Below, in pieces: positions 1 through 9,427 of a stretch of DNA of 64,000 nucleotides. A program made the translations under genes and the position numbers. Every line of letters begins with the position of its first letter. Within the stretch, counting starts at the first letter, position 1. Source of the stretch: Candidatus Omnitrophota bacterium (GTDB lineage: Bacteria; Omnitrophota; Gorgyraeia; Gorgyraeales; Gorgyraeaceae); NCBI GenBank assembly GCA_043814965.1, contig JBDRJN010000003.1, positions 1,600 to 65,599 of the forward strand, given 5' to 3'. A model generated the notes under the pieces. It was not told the origin of the DNA and did not search any database. It saw only the letters and a program-made list of their open reading frames with translations.

Positions 1-668
1 CTTTTTTTGCTGGAGCCAGAACCTATCCCGTATCTTTTCCCTAAAATAGAAACTTCGACAATGAAGTGTTTTTTATGGTCAGGGCCTACGGTGGATACGA
101 TGTTGTAAGACGGGATCGTCTTGTATCTTTTTAATACTATCTGTTGAAGGATGGATTTATAATCTTTGGACCCTTTCCCTTCTTTTACAAGCTGGAGTTC
201 TGACCTGAAGCTGGTTTTTATAAATTTAGCAGCTGATTTTATACCACCATCAATATACAGGGCGCCTATCATAGCTTCTAAGGCGCACAAGAGGTTTGAT
301 GGCTGGTTTCTTCCTCCCGAGGCATCCTCACCCTTCCCTAATAAAAGATAGTCCCCTATATGAAGTTTTTTTGCAACACGTTCAATGGTAGCTCCGCTTA
401 CAAGCTGGGATTTATAGCGTGTTAAAGCCCCCTCGTCTTTTTCGGGGTACTCATCGTATAATATCTTGCTGGTGACCAGCCCTAAGACAGAATCACCAAA
501 AAATTCCAAACGTTCATTGTCGCGAGGCTCGGATTTGTATTTTTCGTTTGCGTATGATTTATGGGTGAGCGCTTGATTTAAGAGCTGCTTGTTTTTGAAA
601 CGATAGCTTATTTTTCGTTCGAGTTCTTTGAGTTTTTTTAAGCGTTCTTTATCGGACCTTATTATCAT
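1..668 (-). CDS. rnc: Ribonuclease III (N-terminus at 668; C-terminal end runs off the window start)
   Basis: My own translation of the minus strand from the ATG at 668: MIIRSDKERLKKLKELERKISYRFKNKQLLNQALTHKSYANE...ERLEFFGDSVLGLV...GGIKSAAKF. This carries the RNase III signature (ERLEFLGDS-like) and dsRBD-like tail. There is a 4-nt ATGA overlap with the aroB stop. It is absent from the ORF track because it has no in-window stop. Confidence 0.85.
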   Translation of the reverse strand, partial: MIIRSDKERLKKLKELERKISYRFKNKQLLNQALTHKSYANEKYKSEPRDNERLEFFGDSVLGLVTSKILYDEYPEKDEGALTRYKSQLVSGATIERVAKKLHIGDYLLLGKGEDASGGRNQPSNLLCALEAMIGALYIDGGIKSAAKFIKTSFRSELQLVKEGKGSKDYKSILQQIVLKRYKTIPSYNIVSTVGPDHKKHFIVEVSILGKRYGIGSGSSKK

Positions 669-1756
669 AGCAGGTTTTTGATAGAGCCTTTTATAATAGT
701 TCTAGGTATATTTTCTTTTACCGCGGCTTTCCCTATCTTTACAGGCAGTACGAACCTGTTTTTACCATGGATGAATTTTTTGTCATGCTCCTGCATCGAA
801 AATATCTTGTCTATGTCGACTTTTTTTAATTTGACGGGCAGGCCTATCTTTTTGATCAATGACCTTATCCGCAAGTAATCAGCATCTTTTAACATACCCA
901 GTTCTTTTGATATATTAGAAGCTGATAGCATACCTAGCGCGACAGCTTCTCCGTGAGAATAGGCCTTGGTATAACTAGCGGCTGATTCAATGGCATGCCC
1001 GATAGTATGCCCCAGGTTCAATATCACTCGGATGCCTTTATTGTCCAGCTCATCTTTTTCTACGACCCTTGCTTTTATGAGACTGCAGTTATATACGATG
1101 TACTGAAGCAGTTTCTTATCGTAGTTTAATATCTTCGAAGACCTTTTTTCTATGGTGTTGAATAAAGAAGGAGATCTTATTATGCCATATTTTATGACCT
1201 CAGACAGTCCTGATACGAGGTCTCTCCTGGAAAGGCTTTTTAAAAAGCACATATCGCTGAAGACAAGCCTAGGTTGGTAGAAAGCCCCAGCCAGGTTTTT
1301 TCCTACCCTTAGGTCTATAGCAACCTTACCTCCTATCGCTGAGTCTACTTGGGCAAGGAGTGTCGTGGGGATCTGTATATAGGGGATGCCTCTTCTATAT
1401 ATGCTGGCAACAAATCCGGCCAGGTCACCTATGACCCCTCCCCCTAAAGCTATTATAAAGAGTCTTTTTTTTGAGCCATCAAACCTTGAAATATTATTGA
1501 GCAGTCTAAGGCAGTATTTTTCTGATTTTGCTTTTTCTGAATCAGGCACTATCTCTTCCCTTACATTGAAACCTGATTTCAGAAGGGACTTTTTTACTTT
1601 TTGCGAGTAGAGCTTTTTTATCACAGGGTTCGTTATTATAAAGGCATCCTGCCCTATTTTTAACTTTTTGAGGATAGAACCTAGCTTGGTTATTTGATCA
1701 TAAGAGACCATGATATCATAGCTTCTTTTTCCTAGGTTTACCTTTATAGTTTTCAT
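665..1756 (-). CDS. aroB: 3-dehydroquinate synthase
   Basis: 363 aa with the GGGVIGDLAGFVA...IPTTLLAQVDSAIGGK motifs typical of AroB. Confidence 0.9.
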   Translation of the reverse strand: MKTIKVNLGKRSYDIMVSYDQITKLGSILKKLKIGQDAFIITNPVIKKLYSQKVKKSLLKSGFNVREEIVPDSEKAKSEKYCLRLLNNISRFDGSKKRLFIIALGGGVIGDLAGFVASIYRRGIPYIQIPTTLLAQVDSAIGGKVAIDLRVGKNLAGAFYQPRLVFSDMCFLKSLSRRDLVSGLSEVIKYGIIRSPSLFNTIEKRSSKILNYDKKLLQYIVYNCSLIKARVVEKDELDNKGIRVILNLGHTIGHAIESAASYTKAYSHGEAVALGMLSASNISKELGMLKDADYLRIRSLIKKIGLPVKLKKVDIDKIFSMQEHDKKFIHGKNRFVLPVKIGKAAVKENIPRTIIKGSIKNLL

Positions 1757-2367
1757 GTAAGCACTCCTAACAGGCGCGCCAGAATGGTAGTAAGCGGCCA
1801 GATCACTTTTCCTATTATCCCTAGATACAGTAGTGCGATTATTATTATAAAACCATAGGGTTCTAGCGCGCTGTATTTTATGGCCATATTTCTTGGCAGC
1901 AACCCCATCATCACTCTTGAGCCGTCAAGAGGAGGTATCGGTATTATGTTAAATACTGCCAGTACAAGATTGATCAGTATAGCCGTGCTCAATAGTACCG
2001 GCACGATAGAATAGTCCTGGTTCAGGTTGGAAAGTTTTAGGAAAAAAGACAATATTATCGCGAATATTATATTAGCCAGCGGCCCGGCAAGTCCTACCCA
2101 TATCATATCTTTTTTTGGGTTGTTAAGTCCCCGAAAATTTACCGGAACAGGCTTTGCCCATCCAAAAACAAATGGAGACCTTGATAATATCAATAAAAGA
2201 GGAAGGAATATCGTACCTATAGGGTCTATATGCGCTATGGGGTTCAACGTGAGCCTCCCAGCGTCTTTTGCGGTATTATCCCCCAACTTCATGGCAACCC
2301 ATCCATGAGCGTATTCATGCACTATTACTGCTAGGAAAAAAAGAGTCAAGCTCAGGATAATAGTCAT
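1753..2367 (-). CDS. Site-2 protease family (peptidase M50) membrane metalloprotease
   Basis: HEYAHG (HExxH) sits in the first TM helix, a downstream LDGS motif is present, and the protein is polytopic. Confidence 0.75.
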   Translation of the reverse strand: MTIILSLTLFFLAVIVHEYAHGWVAMKLGDNTAKDAGRLTLNPIAHIDPIGTIFLPLLLILSRSPFVFGWAKPVPVNFRGLNNPKKDMIWVGLAGPLANIIFAIILSFFLKLSNLNQDYSIVPVLLSTAILINLVLAVFNIIPIPPLDGSRVMMGLLPRNMAIKYSALEPYGFIIIIALLYLGIIGKVIWPLTTILARLLGVLT

Positions 2368-2849
2368 ATTTCGTCAAGTTTAAAGACGGCCTGGTCCTTG
2401 TGGATCCACCCGGCTGTTTCAATGGTAGGCTCTATCTCATACCAACCATTTTCTTCGGAAATAATAGTTATTGTTTCTGGTTCTGAGGCCTGTCCTACTA
2501 CAGAACTGTTCAGACTTGGCCGTGCCCTTAGGTTTACGCGAGATGCTTTAAGGGTACCTGTATTCGGCTCACCTATATTCACAAAGTCAGTCTTGATGTA
2601 TATGTGGGCTTTTCTGGGCAATGCCACCTTGAACCAATCGTAATATTCCCCTATTATTTTTACAGGGTCGTTTTTTTTCAGTTTGTACAGGTTTTCAAAG
2701 TTTATATTATAGCCTGCTTTTATATTCACCTGGTCAGTTTTTATAAAGCCTGACTTAGGAAAAAGATTTTCTATATCTTCAGCAAAAGATACGCTGTTGT
2801 GGCATAGGATAATAAAAAGTACCAAGAGAGTCGGCCTTATAGATTTCAT
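2364..2849 (-). CDS. Secreted protein with two bacterial SH3 (SH3b)-like domains
   Basis: N-terminal signal peptide MKSIRPTLLVLFIILCHNSVSFA. There are two G..V..R.GPS....G.....GW..I-type SH3b-like segments. Confidence 0.5.
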   Translation of the reverse strand: MKSIRPTLLVLFIILCHNSVSFAEDIENLFPKSGFIKTDQVNIKAGYNINFENLYKLKKNDPVKIIGEYYDWFKVALPRKAHIYIKTDFVNIGEPNTGTLKASRVNLRARPSLNSSVVGQASEPETITIISEENGWYEIEPTIETAGWIHKDQAVFKLDEI

Positions 2850-2924
2850 AATCTGCGATCAATAACCTGCGTCTATATACCTGACAATCTATGGGCTAGG
2901 TTAAAGCCTATAGGTATATCATCG

Positions 2925-3206
2925 TCAGGATTTTTGTTTGGTCTCTTTTGCTGGCGTCTGTTTTCCTGGCGCGTCTTTTGCTGGCGTCTGCGCAGCCTGT
3001 ACTGCCTCACCTTCTTTTGGCTTTTCCTCGGCTTCTTTTTTCTTTATCTTTGTCCTTAAGATCTTTAACTTAGGCAGCCCATACACGGACGCGCCGTCTT
3101 TTAAAATACCTTTTTCTTTCAGGGCGGAAAACCTTTCGTATCTTTTTAATACAGTCCTTTGTTTGTTCCCTGTTTTTGAGCTTTTCAGACTAGGATGCTG
3201 CGACAT
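2925..3206 (-). CDS. Lys/Ala/Pro-rich small basic protein (hypothetical; histone-H1-like tail)
   Basis: 93 aa, very basic, with a C-terminal QTPAK(D/E) repeat. The repeat is encoded by a 17-nt direct repeat (2944-2960 and 2974-2990, spaced 30 nt). Confidence 0.4.
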   Translation of the reverse strand: MSQHPSLKSSKTGNKQRTVLKRYERFSALKEKGILKDGASVYGLPKLKILRTKIKKKEAEEKPKEGEAVQAAQTPAKDAPGKQTPAKETKQKS

Positions 3207-3248
3207 TGTTCCTCCTCCTTCTCCTTTGTTTTTTTTGAAAACTCCGAT

Positions 3249-3806
3249 CTAGAGCCTTGTTATATAACAGTCTTTATATGTCCTTGTCAGGTTATTGTAT
3301 AGTTTTTCCGCACTTTCTTTTGTTTTAAACACACCCAGGTATACCTGGTAATACTTCCCGGATTTTCTTACATGCGCTTTGTAGCCTTCTTTTACCAGCC
3401 TTTCTTTTTCATCGTAGGCGCTTGCCTCCTGGCTGAAAGAAGCCAGCCTTAGGATATATCCGTCTTTTTCTTCCGGCGCCTCTTCATATTTTTTAGCTAT
3501 AGATATGGTCTCCCTATTGTCGGGTTGGATAGCTATTGTTTCAGCGGCTTCGGGATATACAATGGTTTCCCCTCTTTTTGCTACCAAGGTGTCCTGTCTT
3601 CCTTTTTCAACACCCAATGAAAAGAATATAATAGAACCCATAATAAAGCTTACAATAAGAAATATGATATTTTCATAAGAGAGCGCGATGCTATTTTTTA
3701 ATTGCGGCAAAAGGAGTTTTACCTTTTTCCTCATTTTTTTTTCTGAGGCCTGCGCATGTTCAAACAGATCTATCTCTTTTTTGTCGTCCAGGAATTTTGC
3801 AGCCAT
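3249..3806 (-). CDS. SPOR-domain membrane protein (septal peptidoglycan binding)
   Basis: Single TM segment, followed by a C-terminal SPOR-like domain (ILRLASFSQEASAYDEKERL...YKAHV...YYQVYLGVFKTKESAEKLYNNL). Confidence 0.65.
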   Translation of the reverse strand: MAAKFLDDKKEIDLFEHAQASEKKMRKKVKLLLPQLKNSIALSYENIIFLIVSFIMGSIIFFSLGVEKGRQDTLVAKRGETIVYPEAAETIAIQPDNRETISIAKKYEEAPEEKDGYILRLASFSQEASAYDEKERLVKEGYKAHVRKSGKYYQVYLGVFKTKESAEKLYNNLTRTYKDCYITRL

Positions 3807-3809
3807 ATC

Positions 3810-4082
3810 TTAAGGGTTGATATTCTTTTTTATGTATTCTTCAATGGTTTTTGTTATTTTTCTATTATTTGTATATGAGTACGCGGTCGTAGAGACTGTT
3901 TTATGGTTTATCAGTATCCCATTTTTTAATAGTATTTTTAAGGAATCCTCTACTTCCTCCGGTTCATGGCCGATCCATATAGATATGCCCTTAGCAGTGT
4001 CTATTGAATGAGGGTTTTCATTAAAAAATATTATTACATTCTTTGTTACTTCGTTTTTGAATAATCTTTTCAGGTATTCCAT
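3810..4082 (-). CDS. Hypothetical small protein
   Basis: 90-aa ORF co-oriented and tightly packed with its neighbours. I recognise no motif. Confidence 0.3.
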   Translation of the reverse strand: MEYLKRLFKNEVTKNVIIFFNENPHSIDTAKGISIWIGHEPEEVEDSLKILLKNGILINHKTVSTTAYSYTNNRKITKTIEEYIKKNINP

Positions 4083-4086
4083 AATA

Positions 4087-5586
4087 TTATAAAAGCAGTT
4101 CCTTGATATCGGGTTTTCTTAATAGTTCCAGGAACGCATCCACGACCTCCGGGTCAAATTGCCTGCCTCTATTGCTTTCTATTTCTTTAAAAGCCTGGGT
4201 GATGCTTATCTTATCATTTTTATAAGGCCTTAAGGATATCATCGCTTCAAATGCTTCCGCAACAGCCATTATCCTTGCGCCTATTGGTATGGCGTTGCCT
4301 TTTAACCCGCTTGGATATCCAGCGCCATCATATCTTTCGTGGTGATACAGGATTATAGGTATACTGGGTTTTAAGAATTCCAGATGTTCGATTATCTTTA
4401 AGCTTTCAAGGTGTTGTTTCTTGATGATACTATATTCTTTTTTTGATAGACCGCCTTGTTTTTTTAATATTTCATCAGGGATGCTGAACTTGCCTGTATC
4501 CGGTAAAAGCGCAGCATAACGCAGGTTTCTTATGTCTTCTCGCTTCAGCTTCATCTCTTCAGCTATTGCCAGCACTATCCGCACAAACCTCTCGGAGTGA
4601 GTAAAGGTGTTTGGCGATTTTGCATCCAATAGCGCGCTGAGAGATTTTATGCTTCCGTAAGCCATCTTTTCCTGTTCTTCATATAGCTGCGCGTTTATTA
4701 TGGCTATCACTGCTTGTTCGGCAAGGGTAAGCATTATCTCAAGGTCGAATTTGTTAAAGGCCCGATCGTTCGTCTTATTTTTTACATATACTACTCCTAT
4801 GATATCCTCTTCTATAAGAGGTATGCAAAGCAGTTTTCTTGACATATGTATTTTGCCGGTCTTTGCGACTTTTCCCTCTATTCCAGAACCTATCCTTATC
4901 TTTTTAAATTTAACAGGGCCTTTGCCATTGTTGTTTTTTAGGTCTACCTTTGCTTTTGATATGAGGTATTTTTTAGAGTCATCCACGAGCATTATAGAGC
5001 AATAATTTACTCTCATGACCTGCGAACTAAGCCTGGCTATTCTTTCTATGAGTTCGTTTATATCAAGAGTAGAGCTCAAGAGCCTATGTATCGTATGGAT
5101 CGTTGACAGGGCTATTGCTCTAGGCCTGATAGTGCTATAGACCTTTTTTAGCTCCTGTTCTTTTTGATATTCTTTCAGTGATACATCTATGAAGAGTTTC
5201 ATGAAAGAAAGTTCTTTTTTGTCCAAAGGTCTTTTGAGGTCAGGCATCAGTGTAAAACCGTATAATGTGTCGCCTTGTATTATAGGGACAAGAAGGCATA
5301 GCTTGTTTTTTGACGCAATAAACTGTGTTATTTCCTTGGGTATATTTCTTTTTAGTTTTGCTATATGCTTTATGATATGCGGATTATACTTTTTTACATT
5401 CTCCAAAATGCTGAGCCTGTCGTCAAAATACAGGCAATTCCGGCCCTTTACCATCACATCCGAAAACATCTCTTTAAAGGATGTAATAGAGCTGGAATTA
5501 CAAAAATTCAATAAAAATTCTTTTTTTTCTTTTATGTCAGACTCTTTCATATGGATTAAAAAGTTTTTTGTATTCGTCCAGGGCAT
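4087..5586 (-). CDS. GAF domain / HD-GYP domain protein (c-di-GMP phosphodiesterase family), HD motif degenerate
   Basis: C-terminal HHERYDGAGYP (GYP motif) and an upstream THSERF His are present. The canonical LHDIGK is LPDTGK here (His->Pro). A central GAF-like segment is present. Confidence 0.8.
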   Translation of the reverse strand: MPWTNTKNFLIHMKESDIKEKKEFLLNFCNSSSITSFKEMFSDVMVKGRNCLYFDDRLSILENVKKYNPHIIKHIAKLKRNIPKEITQFIASKNKLCLLVPIIQGDTLYGFTLMPDLKRPLDKKELSFMKLFIDVSLKEYQKEQELKKVYSTIRPRAIALSTIHTIHRLLSSTLDINELIERIARLSSQVMRVNYCSIMLVDDSKKYLISKAKVDLKNNNGKGPVKFKKIRIGSGIEGKVAKTGKIHMSRKLLCIPLIEEDIIGVVYVKNKTNDRAFNKFDLEIMLTLAEQAVIAIINAQLYEEQEKMAYGSIKSLSALLDAKSPNTFTHSERFVRIVLAIAEEMKLKREDIRNLRYAALLPDTGKFSIPDEILKKQGGLSKKEYSIIKKQHLESLKIIEHLEFLKPSIPIILYHHERYDGAGYPSGLKGNAIPIGARIMAVAEAFEAMISLRPYKNDKISITQAFKEIESNRGRQFDPEVVDAFLELLRKPDIKELLL

Positions 5587-6691
5587 ACCTATCTGTCATG
5601 CCGGCTATATAGTCGCACACAGTCCTGTATAAACCATGCTCTTTTATCTTTTTCTGGTCCGAAGGAGATAACTGCTCCGGCTTGTCGATGTATACATTAA
5701 ACAGCTCCACTATAAACCTCTTGGCTTTATCTGACATGCGTGTGACCCTGAAGTGTGTATAGAGCCTTTCGGTCAAAAATCTCCTGAACTCCATCCTCTT
5801 GTCTTGCATGTCTTTTGAAAAACTTATCAGTTTCTCAGGGTTTTTTCTTACGTCAATGACTTTTTTTATCTTTGATCTTTTAAGGTTTTTTTCAGAAGAC
5901 CTTACAAGATCCTTTATGCTGGTGTCTATAATAAACCGTATTATCTGATATTTTTTTATCTTTTCAGGCAGGTTAGAGTAAGTCTTTTTGACAAGATTGC
6001 TCGCTTCTTTCCATAGACGCAGCCTGGACAGGGCCTTTTCATCGATCAGGCCTGATGTCAAGCCATCATCTATGTCGTGATTATCATAAGCTATCTCATC
6101 AGCCACATCTACTACCTGTGTCTCAAGCGGCGGAGACATGTCAGGCTCAAGTTCTACCAATCTTTCGGGCTTATCGAACATGGTCGTATGCTTGTTTATC
6201 CCCTCTCTTACTTCCCATGTAAGGTTAAGCCCTGGAAAAGACGGATATCTTAGCTCCAATTCGTCAACTACCCTCAATCCTTGGAGATTATGGTCAAATC
6301 CTCCTCTATCTTTCATGAGCACACTAAGGATCTCTTCTCCTGCATGGCCGAATGGAGGATGCCCTATATCGTGTGCCAGGGCAATAGCTTCAACGAGGTC
6401 TTCATTTAAGCTCATTTCCCTTGCTATGGACCTAGCTATCTGGCTTACCTCCAGAGTATGCGTAAGCCTTGTCCTGTAATAGTCACCCTCGTGGTTTACG
6501 AATACCTGGGTCTTGTATTCGAGCCTGCGAAAGGCTGTAGAATGTACGATCCTGTCCCTGTCTCTTTGATAACAAGACCTGTATTTTGCCTGCGGTTCCG
6601 GGTGTTTCCTGCCCTTTGTGTCTTTAGAATGCATGGCATAAGCTGCCAGTATCTTGTCTTCTCTTTTTTCTATGTCATTTCGTGTAAGCAT
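5537..6691 (-). CDS. dgt: dGTP triphosphohydrolase-like HD-domain protein
   Basis: RTRLTHTLEVSQIARSIA...LAHDIGHPPFGH is the dGTPase HD-domain signature. 384 aa. Confidence 0.8.
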   Translation of the reverse strand: MLTRNDIEKREDKILAAYAMHSKDTKGRKHPEPQAKYRSCYQRDRDRIVHSTAFRRLEYKTQVFVNHEGDYYRTRLTHTLEVSQIARSIAREMSLNEDLVEAIALAHDIGHPPFGHAGEEILSVLMKDRGGFDHNLQGLRVVDELELRYPSFPGLNLTWEVREGINKHTTMFDKPERLVELEPDMSPPLETQVVDVADEIAYDNHDIDDGLTSGLIDEKALSRLRLWKEASNLVKKTYSNLPEKIKKYQIIRFIIDTSIKDLVRSSEKNLKRSKIKKVIDVRKNPEKLISFSKDMQDKRMEFRRFLTERLYTHFRVTRMSDKAKRFIVELFNVYIDKPEQLSPSDQKKIKEHGLYRTVCDYIAGMTDRYALDEYKKLFNPYERV

Positions 6692-6692
6692 A

Positions 6693-7145
6693 TCAATCTT
6701 TCAGTATTTTATAAAGCTCTTTTAGTGATTGGGGGATTATTTTTGTATCAGAGATAATAGGCATAAAATTTGTGTCCCCGCTCCATCTGGGGACAATGTG
6801 TATATGTATATGATCTTTATAGCCAGCGCCCCCCGCTTCCCCTGTGTTGATGCCAATATTAAAACCATGGGGTTTTAGTTTTTTAGATATAAGGGCCTGT
6901 ATCTCTTTTGTAAGCTTGATCAGATCCAGGAGTTCCTGATCTTTTAGCCCAGTCAGGTCTTTTACATGCCTGGCAGGGGCTACCATCACATGACCATTAT
7001 TATATGGGTATATATTCAATAAAGCAAATGAGAATTTTGATTTTTTTATTATAAAGCCCTCTTTTTTATTAAAACAAAATATACAACGTCCTTTCTTCTT
7101 TTTTCTTACAAATTTACTTCTCCACGGGGCCCATAATTTATCCAT
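6693..7145 (-). CDS. HIT family nucleotide hydrolase/transferase
   Basis: Histidine triad HIHIHIVPR, with an N-terminal CxxC-type stretch. Confidence 0.75.
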   Translation of the reverse strand: MDKLWAPWRSKFVRKKKKGRCIFCFNKKEGFIIKKSKFSFALLNIYPYNNGHVMVAPARHVKDLTGLKDQELLDLIKLTKEIQALISKKLKPHGFNIGINTGEAGGAGYKDHIHIHIVPRWSGDTNFMPIISDTKIIPQSLKELYKILKD

Positions 7146-7159
7146 ACAAAGACCTTTCT

Positions 7160-7648
7160 CTAGAGTCTTTTTATCTCAGCTTTTATATTGTTTTTTGAAA
7201 GTTCTATTATGCCTATAGAGCGATAGGGGGCAAATACTATATCCGTAGCGCTTCCAGGGTTAAAATACAGCACTCCATTTATCTCTTCGTTCATCGGCAT
7301 GTGCGAATGGCCAAATATCACTATATCCGGCTTTTCTTTTAAAAACTCCTCTTCCAGGATATGGACTATATTTTTTGGGTGGCCATGGCCATGCATGATG
7401 CATATCTTTTTGTTCTCTAGTGTCAGCACTTTTTTGTCCGGCAGCATATCTTTTGTCCCGGCAGTGTCCATATTTCCATGCACTGCTTCTACCTTTGCTA
7501 TTTTCTCAAGGCACTCTATCACGCAGATATCTATCAGGTCGCCGGCATGTATTATTAGGTCGCATCCGTCGAGGATGCTGAAAACATTAGGGTCTATTTC
7601 GCACTTAGCCCCAGCTATATGTGTATCTGATATTACGCCTATCTTCAT
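7160..7648 (-). CDS. YfcE/MJ0936-family metallophosphoesterase
   Basis: MKIGVISDTHI...GDLID...GHSH calcineurin-like phosphoesterase motifs, 162 aa. Confidence 0.75.
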   Translation of the reverse strand: MKIGVISDTHIAGAKCEIDPNVFSILDGCDLIIHAGDLIDICVIECLEKIAKVEAVHGNMDTAGTKDMLPDKKVLTLENKKICIMHGHGHPKNIVHILEEEFLKEKPDIVIFGHSHMPMNEEINGVLYFNPGSATDIVFAPYRSIGIIELSKNNIKAEIKRL

Positions 7649-7651
7649 TAC

Positions 7652-9271
7652 TTAACCTATAAGGGGTTTACTGTAAAGCTCCATTAATATATTAAGGCTA
7701 TCCAGGCCCCACACCCAGAATTTGGCCTCTTTGGCCAAAAGATACGCATTTTCGTGTATCCCCGACAATGATATAAGTATGTTTCTACTGATATTGATCT
7801 CTTTTTTCTTTTTTTTAGCTTCTTCTATGATGCCCATTATATCGTTTTCTGTCACAAAGTCTTTTTTGATCGTACACAGCCATCTTGACCTATTGTTTAA
7901 GGCAAGGATGTTTGTGTGGTTGTAGGTGTTTTCCTCAAGTTTTTCTATTTTGTTGAAGGATATAAACTTATGCTTTCGGCCATTTAATTGTATGACATCA
8001 TTTTTAAAAAGCCTGAAGAGGTCTTCTATCCTGGATGAAAATTCTTTTTCAAATTCCTGCATGAATATGTTAAGTTCTACGGAGAGTTCTTTCTTGAAAT
8101 ACTCTTCCTCCAGGGCTTCATCGATACTAAAGGACATGATCCTTTTTAAATAGACGGATTTGAGCCAGAAAGAAAATAATTTGTCTTTAAATCTGTACAT
8201 AGACCCGTTTCGGGTGAGGATATCCATATCTATGAACCGGCTCAGGATCTTTGATACATCTTTATTTTGAAGCTTTGAGGCCTTGACTATATCATCCTGT
8301 TTTTTCTTATCGGATGATAATGCTATCAATATTGCCGCAGACTTTGAGATAAACTTACCCTCGGATATCCTTAAGAAAAAATTAGAGAAGGTCTGGTTTA
8401 TTATGCCGGTTTTCCTGAATATAGTATTTAGAAAACTGGTTATTATTAACCCTGCATGATTATTGGTCTCGATATCTTTTAAGAAAAAATTCCTTTTTAT
8501 CTCATCGCATATTGTCCTCATATAGAGCGGCTTGTTGCCGCAAAAAGAGGCAATAAAATCAATATGGGCCTGGGGGAGATTTACGCTCTTTAAGTTATCT
8601 TTGATGAATGTTCGGCTCATAGCTATATCAAAAGGAGGAAGCAATATCCTTTCAAAGTTTCCGAACAGCATTGATAGCTTCTCATCCAATATGCGCTGAC
8701 TAAATGCGTTCTTGGAGCTCAAGAGTATATACATAGTGTCTTTCTGTATCATTATTTTTCTTGCCAGGATACCAAAAGGATGCCTTAACATGAAATTATC
8801 AAGATTATGGAATTCATCCAGTATCAATAGAGGCCTTTTTTTGGTTTCCTCGTATATTGCTGACGTAAGGTCCATTATAAAGGAATAAGCCTCTTCAAGC
8901 CTCCCCTTTTCTATATCCTGCAGTACTCTTGCAGCTATCTGCGCTGTCTTTGGGTAGAGCCTTTCTATATCCTCTATAAGCAGTATTGTATCGTGAGAAG
9001 CGTTCAGGGTAGGGTTTATTTCGACTAGTTTAAAAAAAGCTGATTTTATAAATCGCTTGACGCAAAATTCAAAAGGCTCTATCTTTATTTCCAGGTATAT
9101 AGGTATAATGGTGTCTTTTTTTATATTTTCAGAATTAAGAAGGGTCTTTATAAGAGTGGTCTTGCCTATGGAAGGCTCTCCTATTATAGCAATATTTTGC
9201 CTATAGCCTTCTGAAAATGAATTTATGCGGTGCTCGAGTAAGCTTAATATATTGGATCTATCGTAAGACAT
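7652..9271 (-). CDS. AAA-type ATPase (archaeal-ATPase/ATPase_2-like P-loop domain) with uncharacterised C-terminal domain
   Basis: Walker A IAIIGEPSIGKTTL and Walker B LLILDEF are present. The start is reassigned to the internal Met (MSYDRSN...) at 9271, because the longer ORF to 9412 reads through the tRNA-like repeat. Confidence 0.55.
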   Translation of the reverse strand: MSYDRSNILSLLEHRINSFSEGYRQNIAIIGEPSIGKTTLIKTLLNSENIKKDTIIPIYLEIKIEPFEFCVKRFIKSAFFKLVEINPTLNASHDTILLIEDIERLYPKTAQIAARVLQDIEKGRLEEAYSFIMDLTSAIYEETKKRPLLILDEFHNLDNFMLRHPFGILARKIMIQKDTMYILLSSKNAFSQRILDEKLSMLFGNFERILLPPFDIAMSRTFIKDNLKSVNLPQAHIDFIASFCGNKPLYMRTICDEIKRNFFLKDIETNNHAGLIITSFLNTIFRKTGIINQTFSNFFLRISEGKFISKSAAILIALSSDKKKQDDIVKASKLQNKDVSKILSRFIDMDILTRNGSMYRFKDKLFSFWLKSVYLKRIMSFSIDEALEEEYFKKELSVELNIFMQEFEKEFSSRIEDLFRLFKNDVIQLNGRKHKFISFNKIEKLEENTYNHTNILALNNRSRWLCTIKKDFVTENDIMGIIEEAKKKKKEINISRNILISLSGIHENAYLLAKEAKFWVWGLDSLNILMELYSKPLIG

Positions 9272-9284
9272 AATTTTTATCCCA

Positions 9285-9318
9285 TGAAAACTCTGGAGCG
9301 GGTGATGGGAATCGGCGC
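9285..9318 (-). repeat. Partial duplicate of tRNA-Gly 3' end (T-loop to CCA plus about 11 nt trailer)
   Basis: 33/34-nt identity with 9413-9448 (cat[g/a]aaaactctggagcgggtgatgggaatcg). The 95 nt between the copies cannot be folded into a cloverleaf. Confidence 0.6.
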
Positions 9319-9427
9319 CCGCCTTTGGGCGGGTCGGCCACTCGTCCGCTAAACGTATACTCCTATTCGTCGTATACAGCGGACTCACTTCGATTCCACT
9401 TAACCGCTGCAAAAATCATAAAAACTC

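Noticed and set aside
5189-5632. Plus-strand ORFs throughout the window (e.g. 5189..5632, 20412..20915, 38038..38415, 57712..58215)
   Set aside because: Each is antisense to a minus-strand gene with unambiguous homology. These are shadow ORFs.
9319-9412. Second tRNA (or tRNA-Sec or intron-containing tRNA) between the tRNA-Gly and its 3'-end duplicate
   Set aside because: The 117-nt candidate shares only the T-loop-to-3' segment with tRNA-Gly. It lacks a 5' strand that could pair with the acceptor 3' strand (GCAGCGG versus required GCGGGTG). It has no D-arm, and its T-stem cannot form. It instead folds into two unrelated GC hairpins.
7652-9412. Extended 586-aa form of the ATPase ORF starting at 9412
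   Set aside because: The N-terminal 47 codons read through the tRNA-like duplicate and have no protein-like composition. The internal Met at 9271 begins the conserved ATPase sequence. The longer form is an ORF-finder artefact.
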